IMG/VR virus record: IMGVR_UViG_3300008255_000160 | Coordinates: 1-52,867 of that record | From: a virus | Taxonomy: Duplodnaviria > Caudoviricetes | Reading direction: 5' to 3' (one strand) | Length of the DNA stretch: 52,867 nt | In this document: positions 38,663 through 48,708 of the stretch, in pieces | How positions within the stretch are numbered: the stretch's first letter is position 1 | Layout: each line of letters starts with the position of its first letter | Position numbers and translations under genes: made by a program | Notes under the pieces: generated by a model | Database searches by the model: none | The model's input: the letters and a program-made list of their open reading frames with translations, nothing else | What the model was told of the DNA's origin: nothing

Positions 38663-39276
38663 TAAAAACTCTCCTTGATTTCATCAATCAGCCCAAGTTG
38701 TTTGCCCATATATACATCTATATATTCGTCTCTGTCGAGATAATTTTCAATATCTTCCTCGGTAATATTTGTTCTGTTAAGAAGTGTTGTACGAAGTTCT
38801 TGCCGCAACCGTTGTGCTTCATCATATTGACGGGACACATCCTTTGATGAACCAATTGCACCAAAACCAAATGACATATCATGGAGCATAATGGTTGAAC
38901 GTCTGGTAGCAGAACGATACCCCGGTGAACCATACAAGAGCAAAATTGCTGCTGCTGATCCTGCCATGCCGATACAGGATGTAGCAATTTTGATATCAGT
39001 TTTTTCTGTAAACATATCAATAGCATCCATCAATGTAAACAGAGCACGGACATTTCCACCGGGGGAATCAATCAGTAATTCAATTTTGTCAGCAGCCTTT
39101 TCGGATGCTGCCAACAATTGTGCAGAAACACAATCTGCCATTTCTGTTGTTAATATACCATTGATGAATATTTGTCCTTTTTTAGCAAGCCATGAATATA
39201 TATCATAAGCTCTTTCGCCGTGTTTTCCTTGTTCAAATACAATAGGAATACGGTAGTATGATTCGGGGTCTGTCAT
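38662..39276 (-). CDS. clpP: ClpP protease subunit
   Basis: ERAYDIYS, IDSPGG, catalytic Ser (AGSAA), His (MLHD) and Asp (DRD). Confidence 0.92.
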   Translation of the reverse strand: MTDPESYYRIPIVFEQGKHGERAYDIYSWLAKKGQIFINGILTTEMADCVSAQLLAASEKAADKIELLIDSPGGNVRALFTLMDAIDMFTEKTDIKIATSCIGMAGSAAAILLLYGSPGYRSATRRSTIMLHDMSFGFGAIGSSKDVSRQYDEAQRLRQELRTTLLNRTNITEEDIENYLDRDEYIDVYMGKQLGLIDEIKESF

Positions 39277-39321
39277 GGTAGCTCCGTTGTTGCAAGAATC
39301 AGTATATGACAATGTTGATTT

Positions 39322-39690
39322 TTAATCAGGTTCAGAGGTGCGAGGGGTTTCGTTCAGAACGTTGAAACGGTTTTCAATACGTTCCTGTTCGTTTTTAATA
39401 TTGGAGATCGTTTCTTCGCAAAATCCATAATTTGCTTCAATCAGTGTCATCCAGTCGCCAAGGATTTCTATATCAGCTAACGTAATATCATTATCACGTA
39501 TAGCGTCAGGTGGATTTATATATGGTGGACATCCGATATAAAATTTATCGGGAACGGAAACTGCACGTTGTTGAATACGATATACAATAGGCGATTCATC
39601 TTCTGGGGCAATTAACCGTTGAAGGGTTCCACATCCTGAAACCATTGACCCAATTACGATAATGCTACTGATCATCAGGAGTTTCTTCAT
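39322..39690 (-). CDS. o-spanin-like lipoprotein
   Basis: Signal peptide with lipobox VSG-C; Pro/Cys-rich; overlaps the i-spanin gene. Confidence 0.75.
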   Translation of the reverse strand: MKKLLMISSIIVIGSMVSGCGTLQRLIAPEDESPIVYRIQQRAVSVPDKFYIGCPPYINPPDAIRDNDITLADIEILGDWMTLIEANYGFCEETISNIKNEQERIENRFNVLNETPRTSEPD

Positions 39691-40114
39691 TTTGTATTCC
39701 ATTCTGATACTCTTCGTATGAAGGGGAATCTGGTCGGGAAGCTAGATTAGCAGCTTCTCCCAAATATGTTAACCCTGTAAGTCCCGAACTTTGTAATTCC
39801 CTTAATCTACGTTGGTAGTCCAATTCATCACGTCTGCGGCGTTGTGTCAAGTCAGAAAGTTGTTTCATTTGTTCATCCTGTAGTTGTACAAGTGATTCAA
39901 TTTCTGCTGATAAGGCTTCAACTTGGTTACGATATTCATCTGCCCGTATTTGTGTAATAACGGTTTCTCGTATAGAATCACTATATTCTTCAATAGTGTA
40001 GGTAATGAACCAAATGAAACCAATAATTAACATAATGATCCAAGACCATTTATTTCCAAGGAACCTCCCTACAAATGGTAATCTACTCATAAGTGTTAAT
40101 AAACCAAATCCCAT
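39665..40114 (-). CDS. i-spanin-like protein
   Basis: N-terminal TM helix followed by a coiled coil. Confidence 0.72.
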   Translation of the reverse strand: MGFGLLTLMSRLPFVGRFLGNKWSWIIMLIIGFIWFITYTIEEYSDSIRETVITQIRADEYRNQVEALSAEIESLVQLQDEQMKQLSDLTQRRRRDELDYQRRLRELQSSGLTGLTYLGEAANLASRPDSPSYEEYQNGIQNEETPDDQ

Positions 40115-40689
40115 TACACCATCCTTGTAAAATAAAGGTCTACCAAGTCTTCACTGTATTGAAACTTTTCAGACTGACTTGGGAACGAAACAGCAAAATC
40201 ATCCAACGGTATATCCGAAACCTTTGATATATCAGAAATCAAGCCCTTGATGTGCTCTTTGGATTCTTTCTCTCTTTTAAATTCCACATACACAATACTT
40301 GCATTTGTAATTAAATCACTATCCGACGAATCAACATCTACGATACCCGGTATCTTATTGCAAAACCGCGCAAGAGGCTCAACAGCAAGAGGCTCATTCA
40401 AAATGAAAAAACCAAGAACAATATTATTATTGTCATTTTTAGATACATATTCATCAAATGAAATCAAGGGTTTAACTAAATCGCTTAAATCACCATGGCC
40501 GAGCCCTTCGAGTATTATTTTCTTCAAGCGTGAGTCATTGGTATTGAAGTCGATTTCAAAGTATTCTTTAAGTATTTGTTTTTTCAGGAAAGCATTAGCG
40601 GTTCCGTATGTTTCAAAACATTTACGAAATGCTGGTTCTCCTGTTCTTGAGGATTTGATGTAATACTTGTTTTTTTCTGGCTTTATCAT
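40114..40689 (-). CDS. hypothetical protein
   Basis: GGAGG RBS; in operon. Confidence 0.65.
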   Translation of the reverse strand: MIKPEKNKYYIKSSRTGEPAFRKCFETYGTANAFLKKQILKEYFEIDFNTNDSRLKKIILEGLGHGDLSDLVKPLISFDEYVSKNDNNNIVLGFFILNEPLAVEPLARFCNKIPGIVDVDSSDSDLITNASIVYVEFKREKESKEHIKGLISDISKVSDIPLDDFAVSFPSQSEKFQYSEDLVDLYFTRMV

Positions 40690-40704
40690 CTAAACCCTCC
40701 ATTA

Positions 40705-41208
40705 TTAGAAACTATCGTTGAAATCATCATTATCGAACCCGCCCTCTTCCTCTTTGTCTTGATCCTTGACAGGGGCGTATCCAGCTTCTTCGGCTTTTTT
40801 TCTTGCAAGTTTGCGGTTATTCTCTTCTATTTCGTCAAGGATGGACCGTAGTATGCGAAGTTTTAACAAATTCCTGCCATCTCTGGTTTTCTTGATTACA
40901 GCTTTGTTCTGATTGTATTCACCAAGTATACGTTTGGTGCCACCTTCGTAATCGAATTTTGCGGGACATAGGAGTATGAATTCGACCCAGAACTTTTCAA
41001 TTACTGGTTCGCCATAGATTGAAATATCTTTCCAGCCGTCAAATGAGTACGCTGCACATTCATCCATGTATTGTTCAAATGTTAAAAGATAAAAGCTTTG
41101 TGTTTCCCGATGATTTTCGTCAAATTTATTCTCATTGAGAATTTGGCTTATTTCTTCATCGGGAACACCATTAGCGAGTGCTTCAATTATAAGATCATAT
41201 TCGTTCAT
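40705..41208 (-). CDS. hypothetical late protein
   Basis: TATAAATA-N5-ATG start. Confidence 0.65.
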   Translation of the reverse strand: MNEYDLIIEALANGVPDEEISQILNENKFDENHRETQSFYLLTFEQYMDECAAYSFDGWKDISIYGEPVIEKFWVEFILLCPAKFDYEGGTKRILGEYNQNKAVIKKTRDGRNLLKLRILRSILDEIEENNRKLARKKAEEAGYAPVKDQDKEEEGGFDNDDFNDSF

Positions 41209-41225
41209 AAAGATATTTATAGCAA

Positions 41226-41254
41226 AGCAGGCCGAATGATAACATCCGGCCTGC
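41226..41254. terminator. stem-loop after phoH
   Basis: AGCAGGCCG..CGGCCTGCT inverted repeat followed by T's on the minus strand. Confidence 0.65.
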
Positions 41255-41260
41255 TCATAA

Positions 41261-41935
41261 TCAATCTTCCCAACGATCCAGTATGTCTTTTACAATTTCC
41301 TCTCTTTGGACATCTTCATTGTGAAATCTAACAAAACCAACATCTGGACAATCAAACAGTCGATTTTCGGCGGTTTCAAATCCGTCTGCATCATGCCGAT
41401 CTCTTTGTCTTGGGTCACCAGTGATAATCAATTTCGAATTTTCTGCTATGCGAGTTAGAAGCATTTTCATAAGATTGGCATTCATATTCTGGGCTTCATC
41501 ACATAGTATCCATACATTTTCAAAATTACGACCTCGCATATATGCGAGAGGACAAATTTCAATTCTATTACTATTCATAAGGTTTCTAAAGTGACCACTA
41601 GACTTATACCAATACATTTCAAAAACATCAAACAATGGTTTAAGATAAGGTTCACATTTGTCCTCAAGGTCTCCCGGAAGAAAACCAAGCCGTTCTCCGC
41701 CAGCTTCAATAATAGGACGGCATATAATAACCTTACGGCACAGCCCGCGTTGCAATGCATCTGCTGCCATCATTCCTGCGATATATGTTTTACCTGAACC
41801 GGCAGACCCAATACCGAATGTAATTTTATTATCATTGATTGAATTCATGAAAGTATGTTGATTGCGGGTTCTAGGAGTGATTGCATATAGGGAAGTGTCC
41901 TCACGCAATGCGCGAGCTGCCTTTTTCTTTGACAT
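41261..41935 (-). CDS. phoH: PhoH-like ATPase
   Basis: GSAGSGKT, LGFLPG, YMRGR, DEAQN, GDPRQ. Confidence 0.95.
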   Translation of the reverse strand: MSKKKAARALREDTSLYAITPRTRNQHTFMNSINDNKITFGIGSAGSGKTYIAGMMAADALQRGLCRKVIICRPIIEAGGERLGFLPGDLEDKCEPYLKPLFDVFEMYWYKSSGHFRNLMNSNRIEICPLAYMRGRNFENVWILCDEAQNMNANLMKMLLTRIAENSKLIITGDPRQRDRHDADGFETAENRLFDCPDVGFVRFHNEDVQREEIVKDILDRWED

Positions 41936-42079
41936 ATTGGATTTCCTTGTTGTTTGAAAGTCAATTTGGTGAGCATCCTTCCTGATACCGGAAGGCTTCT
42001 TATGTTTGTCGCTGAACAGGGCTACGACTTTCTTGCTCACAATAATATTTAACAACAATTGGAATTTATATGAGGAATA

Positions 42080-42343
42080 TTATCCGACTCGTTCGTAATT
42101 CTCTAACGATTGGTTAATATCTTCTAAGTGTTCTGCTACATCGTTCAAGCTGAATGACAAATCATCTATTTTGTTCAACGTTTCGACTGTTTTGGCCTGT
42201 CTTTCTAAATTTTCAATGTATACGGCAACAGCATCAAGCATTTCTTTGCACTCTTGTTTGCGAATAAAACGGTTTTTCAATTTTCTGAGAGCGTCAGATG
42301 GTTTCATTCCAGTATAAAGTTCATTATGTTTGGGGACACACAT
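42080..42343 (-). CDS. hypothetical coiled-coil protein
   Basis: AGGAG RBS. Confidence 0.6.
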   Translation of the reverse strand: MCVPKHNELYTGMKPSDALRKLKNRFIRKQECKEMLDAVAVYIENLERQAKTVETLNKIDDLSFSLNDVAEHLEDINQSLENYERVG

Positions 42344-42405
42344 TAATTACTCCTGTGTATATACTTATTATAAGTCTCTGTTCTGTGGTTATAATAATTA
42401 TGACT

Positions 42406-43323
42406 TTAACCTTGGGTGATTTCAACCAATGTTGCCGACAAATTGATTTCTGGATCAGCAACAGAAGGGTTTACTATTAATGCTTTTCGTAACAACCCAA
42501 AGGATGAAATTTGATCATCAAATAATTCCAAATGGTTAGCCAACCATATGATATAATTCTCTACATCATCCCGTGTCATATTGTCTTTGATCATTTCTCT
42601 TCCAGACTGGATTTTACCTTGTTTGAAAGTTTCAACTATTTTGAATTTCCAGTTCTCATCAGTGTTTTCCTGTTTCTTCAAAACTAGTTTTCCATCGACA
42701 ATAGACGTTTGAAGTGTTCTTATGCATTTTCTGACAGATGGATAATTATTATCAACAATATCAACCAGTATGTTTAAATCATCATCATCAACATGAATAT
42801 CCTCTTGATCCAATATAAACAAAAGCCTGTTGATAAGTTCTTCCTGATCTGGAGCATCTATTTTGATAATGGTACATCTATCTTGAATAGGATGAATAAG
42901 CTTGTGAAGCCTATTAGATGTCAGTATCCACCTTACAGTTCCAGAATATTCTTCCATATCATCATTTAGCATGGGTTGAGCAACAGGTGTAATACCATCA
43001 GCTTCATTCATAATGATATAACGATAGATGGACCCCCACCCTCCCGTTTGAATAAAATTAGCTACAGATGTTTTAATAGTATCAACATTGCCATTACGAG
43101 CAGCGTTGATTCTCATAATGTCTTCTTCTTCAACTTTCAATTCGTTTAGAAGAACTCTAGCCAGCGATGTTTTTCCAGTACCAGCAGGACCAACAAGTAA
43201 CAGATTATCAACCCATCCTTGTTTAATCCATTGTTGCACCCGTTGCTTGTCATCGTTGTTTTGAAATATGTATTCATCCAACGACTGTGGTGCATATTTA
43301 TCAACCCATAAATCAGGCAGCAT
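42406..43323 (-). CDS. clamp loader ATPase subunit (RFC/gp44-like)
   Basis: WVDKYAP, GPAGTGKT, NEAD, PIQDRC, DPEINL. Confidence 0.92.
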   Translation of the reverse strand: MLPDLWVDKYAPQSLDEYIFQNNDDKQRVQQWIKQGWVDNLLLVGPAGTGKTSLARVLLNELKVEEEDIMRINAARNGNVDTIKTSVANFIQTGGWGSIYRYIIMNEADGITPVAQPMLNDDMEEYSGTVRWILTSNRLHKLIHPIQDRCTIIKIDAPDQEELINRLLFILDQEDIHVDDDDLNILVDIVDNNYPSVRKCIRTLQTSIVDGKLVLKKQENTDENWKFKIVETFKQGKIQSGREMIKDNMTRDDVENYIIWLANHLELFDDQISSFGLLRKALIVNPSVADPEINLSATLVEITQG

Positions 43324-43669
43324 CAGTAATTCCAACTTTCGGTAAAGTGGTTTCAGTGTAATCATTTGTTACCAGAACGATTTTTTCTGGTACAGTCCAG
43401 TGAACTGTTATTATATCATTTTCTACTTCAATGTCCATACCTTTAACCCAACCAAGGTGTTCTAACAGAACAAAACAACCGGGTGTTATATCATCCAAGT
43501 CATTAACATCTGGTCCAACCGCCAGCACTTTTGCCCATCTGGGCCTAATACCATGCTGTTTCATATCATCATTTGGTATGATAATACCACCACCTGATAA
43601 TCTGAAACCACTATCAACGATTTTAGTTGCAATCCATTCGCGTATGGGTGTTATCGGAAAATTTTTCAT
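43313..43669 (-). CDS. groES: co-chaperonin GroES-like
   Basis: ITPIRE..SGGGIIIP..KVLAVGP..PG. Confidence 0.85.
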   Translation of the reverse strand: MKNFPITPIREWIATKIVDSGFRLSGGGIIIPNDDMKQHGIRPRWAKVLAVGPDVNDLDDITPGCFVLLEHLGWVKGMDIEVENDIITVHWTVPEKIVLVTNDYTETTLPKVGITDAA

Positions 43670-43744
43670 AATGTCCTCTTTACATCATTGTTCGTAACTA
43701 TAAATATATGACACGGAACATGCTTATAAAAGGTGTTTCGATCA

Positions 43745-43772
43745 ATTGCTTCAATAAGGAGGATTATCTATG
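43745..43772 (+). promoter_or_regulatory. ROSE-like RNA thermometer candidate
   Basis: UUGCUU-caau-AAGGAGG can pair over the SD of hsp20. Confidence 0.45.
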
Positions 43773-44192
43773 AACAAGCAATCACTTTTACCTACCGCAT
43801 TTATGGACCGTCTTGTCGGGTTCGACAGTCTGTTAAACAGTTCGTTTCCACGAGCAACCAATTTTCCACCATACAATTTGATCAAAACTGGAGAAAACAC
43901 CTATCTCATCGAGATGGCTGTTGCCGGTTTCTCAAAAGATGAAATTGAAATAACATTGGATGACAATACATTGGTTATCTCTTCTGCAGGAACCATACCC
44001 GAAAACGATGATGTTTCTGACCAATATCCGCAAAAATTGCATCAAGGTATTGCAAAACGGAACTTCCGCAGTGAATTTCGTCTTGCTCCAGATGTAAAAG
44101 TCGGAGAAGCATCACTGGATAATGGCATGTTGGCTATTCGTGTTGAACGTGAACAAATAACGCCAACAGCAAAATTGATCCCTATCAAATAG
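43770..44192 (+). CDS. ibpA: small heat-shock protein Hsp20 (IbpA-like)
   Basis: VGFD, FPPYNL, IEMAVAGF, HQGIAKRNF, LDNGML. Confidence 0.95.
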   Translation: MNKQSLLPTAFMDRLVGFDSLLNSSFPRATNFPPYNLIKTGENTYLIEMAVAGFSKDEIEITLDDNTLVISSAGTIPENDDVSDQYPQKLHQGIAKRNFRSEFRLAPDVKVGEASLDNGMLAIRVEREQITPTAKLIPIK

Positions 44193-44994
44193 GTTTCTTA
44201 TATGCGGCAGGTGGACCAGTCACTGTGATTGTGTCCACCTGTTGTCCATCTTTGAAAATACCAGAAGCCAATATACCATTAGAATATGCACCTCTATCAA
44301 GTCCTATCCGATGCGTGTCTGTTCCTTCCTCTTCATTCATGATGGTATGACCATGAACTACTAGATCAACAGAGGCTTCAGTCCATTTCATTCCTTTTTT
44401 TAAGAACATCGCATCACGGGACCACATGAAGTCTGCTTCATTATGTAAAAACAAAGGAATATCAGGATGTATGCCCGCATGTGTAAACATGATCCTGTCA
44501 GTTTCATCCAAATGAAAAGCAGTTTCGTTCGGAGTATATACCCCATTTAAACAATTATCAATGAATTTATAATGATCAGGAAAAGACCGAAGCCATTCTT
44601 CTACCCAATGATTAACAAAATCAGATTTTTTCCAGTTTTCAAAGTCATGACAATCGTGATTTTTAGAAAAATATGATTTCAGTGTTTCAAAACCTCCCCA
44701 ACTACCCCACCACAACATGAAATCTTTGAAACCTGAATCCGTATAACGAGATATGCCCGACATCATTTCTTCATGATTGCCCGGAAGAATGATATCATTC
44801 ATGTTATCATCTATTCGTTGGAGTAATAGATCAACCACTTTTCGGGAATCTGGACCACGGTCTACATAATCACCCAAAAAAACGAAGGTGACATCATCAG
44901 AATACTTCTGATCAATCACGGTTTCTATTTTGTCAAGCAATTCAATAAGATGATTATACATCCCATGAATATCACCGATTGCACAATATATCAT
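44185..44994 (-). CDS. Ser/Thr protein phosphatase-like metallophosphoesterase
   Basis: GDIHG, GDYVDRG, GNHE, HAG, WSR, HGHT. Confidence 0.92.
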   Translation of the reverse strand: MIYCAIGDIHGMYNHLIELLDKIETVIDQKYSDDVTFVFLGDYVDRGPDSRKVVDLLLQRIDDNMNDIILPGNHEEMMSGISRYTDSGFKDFMLWWGSWGGFETLKSYFSKNHDCHDFENWKKSDFVNHWVEEWLRSFPDHYKFIDNCLNGVYTPNETAFHLDETDRIMFTHAGIHPDIPLFLHNEADFMWSRDAMFLKKGMKWTEASVDLVVHGHTIMNEEEGTDTHRIGLDRGAYSNGILASGIFKDGQQVDTITVTGPPAAYKKPI

Positions 44995-45033
44995 TTATAA
45001 TTTATATCACATCGATATTGTAAACACAATATA

Positions 45034-45276
45034 TCATTTCAAATCATCCAATATGTCGTCTGCCACTTGTTTTTCAGATTTCTTCTTGGTGGTTGCTTTT
45101 TTCGGAGCAGACTGTTTGGGTTTTGATGCAGGCGGGATATATGTATCTTCCGGACGGGAAAGACCGGATGATTCATTTGCAAGTGCATCCTGTTCGGCCT
45201 TTGCTGTAGCACGGGCTTTCAGGTCGTCAAAGTCAATCATTTTACCTTTGGCAGTTCTAATCATGTGTTCCTCCAT
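45034..45276 (-). CDS. hypothetical protein
   Basis: RTAKGKMIDFDDL N-terminus; GGAGG RBS. Confidence 0.6.
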   Translation of the reverse strand: MEEHMIRTAKGKMIDFDDLKARATAKAEQDALANESSGLSRPEDTYIPPASKPKQSAPKKATTKKKSEKQVADDILDDLK

Positions 45277-45493
45277 ATGCTAACGAATAAACGCGGCGGC
45301 TTGAGCCAACCTTGTTTTCATCAATTTTCAAATTTATAACCCCTCGTTCTACTAACAGATTGAGTACCTGTGTCACAATGTTGGGATCATGCCTTGTATT
45401 TAAGTCACTCTCTGGTACAGAATCATATTTCTTCAATTCAGATAATACATATGTATGAACTGATTGCATAGATGACCAATCTCGTCGTGCCAT
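45257..45493 (-). CDS. small winged-helix-like protein
   Basis: AGGAG RBS before MARRDW; VLNLLVERGVI..RRVYSL. Confidence 0.55.
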   Translation of the reverse strand: MARRDWSSMQSVHTYVLSELKKYDSVPESDLNTRHDPNIVTQVLNLLVERGVINLKIDENKVGSSRRVYSLAYGGTHD

Positions 45494-45494
45494 T

Positions 45495-46211
45495 TTAATT
45501 CTCCTGTTCGGTTTCATCATTCCCATCATTCCCATCATTCCCATCATCCACTATCATATCAATATATTCTGTTGGCCCGATTGGAATTAAACGAATGGAA
45601 GCTATAGCTTTTTCTGTGCTGATATTTAGACCTGTAAATTGATTCATGTTTTTTACATGCAAATTCAAGCGCAATGTCTGGCCCCCCATTATAATATTAT
45701 TCAATATAACCAAATCTTTGTCCATCGAATGGATCAACAAAGTATAATCTTTGGGTATACTAAGAGATAACCTTGTATCTATTGTAATAGTTTTATCTTC
45801 TTTAAGAACAAAACCACGGGGAGAATATATTTCATTGTTTACTGGTTTAATTCCACCATCATGTATTTGTATCATTATGTTGAAAGTTTTTCTTTTTTCT
45901 TTCTCGATCTCTTCTTCTATTATTTTTTCGATTGCACACCTGTTACCATTGATCAAATCATAAAATTCCGTGCGAATGTTGTGATTATCAATATCTATTG
46001 TGGATGAGCTGATATTCAGTGCCTTTCTAACACCAGTAGCGAAATTACTATATGATGACATATCTTCTTTTTCAAAATACAAATGCATAAGGTTACGAAA
46101 ATGATTATAAAGAAATGATTTTGTTGAATCATTTTCAGATGTATTTTTTAAAAATGTGACAAAACTGTTTCCATTTTCTTCCCACCATTTCTCAAATTCT
46201 TCTAGACTCAT
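45495..46211 (-). CDS. hypothetical protein with degenerate dUTPase-like C-terminal domain
   Basis: IDTRLSLSIPKDY..LI..IAS resembles the trimeric dUTPase scaffold without RSG/GVIDxDY motifs. Confidence 0.55.
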   Translation of the reverse strand: MSLEEFEKWWEENGNSFVTFLKNTSENDSTKSFLYNHFRNLMHLYFEKEDMSSYSNFATGVRKALNISSSTIDIDNHNIRTEFYDLINGNRCAIEKIIEEEIEKEKRKTFNIMIQIHDGGIKPVNNEIYSPRGFVLKEDKTITIDTRLSLSIPKDYTLLIHSMDKDLVILNNIIMGGQTLRLNLHVKNMNQFTGLNISTEKAIASIRLIPIGPTEYIDMIVDDGNDGNDGNDETEQEN

Positions 46212-46741
46212 CTTAAAAACTCCGACACAGGAATATTATATAACACGGGATCAATCTTGTTCACGCCAATTAAAAACATCACAAGGCTGGCACAACTTGA
46301 TCCTCTTCCAACCCCCCAAACAATTTTGTTGTCAACAAATTGTTTCCTGATATAAATCAAATGTTTCAACAAAGCAAACATGTTCCGTTTGTTCATTTCT
46401 TCCAATTCTATCGACAGTCTTTCAATATAATGATCATTATCAAGACCAAATTCAATCAACCGTGCTGCACACAATTGTTCCACATCTAACTGCAAAAAGG
46501 GTTCAGGTGTGTTCCAGTCATAATATGTTGATGGTATTTCATCATCTTCATTTTCTGCATATGATTCCAGCTTGTTGACACTGAACCGGTTATAAAGATC
46601 AATATATTCATTCGGTTGCACTAAATAGTTATGAAAATTATGTCCATCGCGGGCCAATTTGAGCAGACCATCATATTTGAATACGACTTCGCCAGTCGTA
46701 GTAATAAAACGATCTGATAGGTCCAACAACTTAGTGCTCAT
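46208..46741 (-). CDS. dnaE: short DNA polymerase III alpha (DnaE)-like fragment
   Basis: YIERLSIELEE..WGVGRGSSCASLVMFLIGVNKIDPV. Confidence 0.85.
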   Translation of the reverse strand: MSTKLLDLSDRFITTTGEVVFKYDGLLKLARDGHNFHNYLVQPNEYIDLYNRFSVNKLESYAENEDDEIPSTYYDWNTPEPFLQLDVEQLCAARLIEFGLDNDHYIERLSIELEEMNKRNMFALLKHLIYIRKQFVDNKIVWGVGRGSSCASLVMFLIGVNKIDPVLYNIPVSEFLR

Positions 46742-46795
46742 GGTTTTTCCCCTTTAGACATAAATAGAATATGACTGGTATATTGAGGATTCTCC

Positions 46796-48175
46796 ATGAC
46801 TAAATTAAACCTGAACAAGATTTCAAAGGCGCTTTTGGAAGACATGCCACAAGCAAAATACCCAAAAGAGTGTGATAATGCCGAACCCATGAAGTTCAAG
46901 GGGGCATCATCTGGTTCCCTGTCAACTCCATCATATGATAAAATGAATAAAAAGCAACGGACAAAAGCACCACTGCCACCAAAAATGACAAATCGCAACC
47001 CTTCAAAGAATTCAGGACCGGAAACCCCACCAAAATGCAAAAAGATCAAAGGATCAAACAGTCTGTCCAAAGGCGGTAACGTGAAACAACCAAATATGAA
47101 CGTATCCTCTAAATTCACCAAGGGCATGTTCAAAGATGCAGATAAAGTGAAAAGATCGGAAGCTACGCCCGTGAAATGGTCTAGCACATCCGGTTGTAAC
47201 ACGGACAAACTGATTGGTTCAGTTTTGAAAGGGTTATCTCAAGATAGTGTTCAAAAAATCAAATTCAATGTATCTAAACCAAATGTAAATTATGGTATTG
47301 TGCCAACAGGAGATAATATCAAATGCAGCCAGTCCCATGCTATGAAGAAAGTTACTACCGCACCAAAAGTGGTTAAAGAAGGTGTGATCAATGGAACAAC
47401 TACTATTCATATTGGATCACGTTCGCATGTGTTTGAAGCCGCATCTATTAACATGGTTCACCGTATGGTTGAAAATTATGCATCAATTGGTCAAGAAGTT
47501 GGAATTGACATCAAAATTGGCCTTCGTGAAACCTATTCTGATAAAAAGTTTGTTACTTCACTTTTGGAAGCCATCCATTCGAAAATATTAGATGTCGATG
47601 TTATTCGTAAAGAGAAAATATCAGAAGCATTTTTAAGAATGTGTGAATTACTTGAAGATCAATTCATTCCTTTTCATAATCGTAACAAAAAGACGTGGAT
47701 TAAAGAATGTGTCAAACCTGCCTTCAAACAAGCATATAATGACTTCAAAAAAATATACGAAAGCCATATGGAACCATATGAAGTTACGGTCAGTGTGACA
47801 ACACCAAGTGGACGTGAAATCGTTGATGTCATAACTCGTGCTATCAATGAAGACGTTGCAATTCATAACGCAGTTGAAGACATTTCATCAGAACTTGGAT
47901 CACGTGTAAAATTCAGTCACGCTTATATTGGTTCTAAAAAATATGTTGTTGAAAATTCTCAGAGTCTTTTAACCAAGGCATTATCGTTTGATGACATGCC
48001 AGAAGGATTTAAAGATGCTGGTTTTGGTTATAAAACAACAAAATGCAATAAACCAACAGCACCAAAACCAGAAAAAATGAAAAAATCAACCAAAAAACGT
48101 GAAAATGGTGCTACTATGTATTCATCTAAAACAAAAGGTGGAAACAAGGAAACCTTGGTTAAACGCAAACCATAA
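46796..48175 (+). CDS. late hypothetical protein with Lys/Pro-rich disordered ends
   Basis: ATAAATA promoter and GAGG RBS; 459-aa ORF. Confidence 0.7.
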   Translation: MTKLNLNKISKALLEDMPQAKYPKECDNAEPMKFKGASSGSLSTPSYDKMNKKQRTKAPLPPKMTNRNPSKNSGPETPPKCKKIKGSNSLSKGGNVKQPNMNVSSKFTKGMFKDADKVKRSEATPVKWSSTSGCNTDKLIGSVLKGLSQDSVQKIKFNVSKPNVNYGIVPTGDNIKCSQSHAMKKVTTAPKVVKEGVINGTTTIHIGSRSHVFEAASINMVHRMVENYASIGQEVGIDIKIGLRETYSDKKFVTSLLEAIHSKILDVDVIRKEKISEAFLRMCELLEDQFIPFHNRNKKTWIKECVKPAFKQAYNDFKKIYESHMEPYEVTVSVTTPSGREIVDVITRAINEDVAIHNAVEDISSELGSRVKFSHAYIGSKKYVVENSQSLLTKALSFDDMPEGFKDAGFGYKTTKCNKPTAPKPEKMKKSTKKRENGATMYSSKTKGGNKETLVKRKP

Positions 48176-48218
48176 TTAGAAGATGGCATTTTGCCTTGGT
48201 CGCACTCTTACGGGATTC

Positions 48219-48708
48219 TTCAAGAGATAGATAATGTTCGCAAGATATTGCTACTCTCTCCACTGTGCAGGGTCTATCTCTAGATTCTTCAACCGCCATT
48301 TCATTGCTGACGGCGAAACCTCATAGCGACGTACAAGGTCTATCAGTTGCCGACAGTCATCTCCAGCATATGCTCCTTTGGCATCAAAAATTTGCCGCAA
48401 AGCTGTTAGCTTGTCGCTCATGCTCCACCTTGATCACAGTGTTGTATATTTCACCGCGAGGGGTGCTACGGTATTGAGTGGTATCATCCACCCCATTTTT
48501 GACCAATGATCGGTTAAGGACAAAATGCCCCAGCTCGTGGGCAAGCGTAAACCCGCTGGCGGTCGAGGTGACCAGAAATTCCATCGGGCAAGTTGGCATT
48601 TATGCGTGGTCTTACACCTAAAGCTTTCAAAGCTGAAATAACATCAACGGCTGGTTCCACACACATAAAGTCACGAAGCGTATCCATTGCAGAAACTCTC
48701 ATTTTCAT
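48219..48708 (-). pseudogene. ImmA/IrrE-family metallopeptidase pseudogene
   Basis: LPDGISG..RQR/FTLAHELGH..ERQANSFAANF/LMP..VSPSAMKWRL across about 3 frameshifts; GC-richer than flanks. Confidence 0.8.

Noticed and set aside
45515-45547. MMGMMGMMG N-terminus on ORF 45257-45547
   Set aside because: Alternate-frame reading of the 9-bp repeat in the upstream gene; the RBS-supported start is 45493
46738-47208. 156-aa minus-strand ORF and many other 60-155-aa antisense or nested ORFs in the track
   Set aside because: Shadow frames of well-supported genes or tRNAs, with no motifs or RBS
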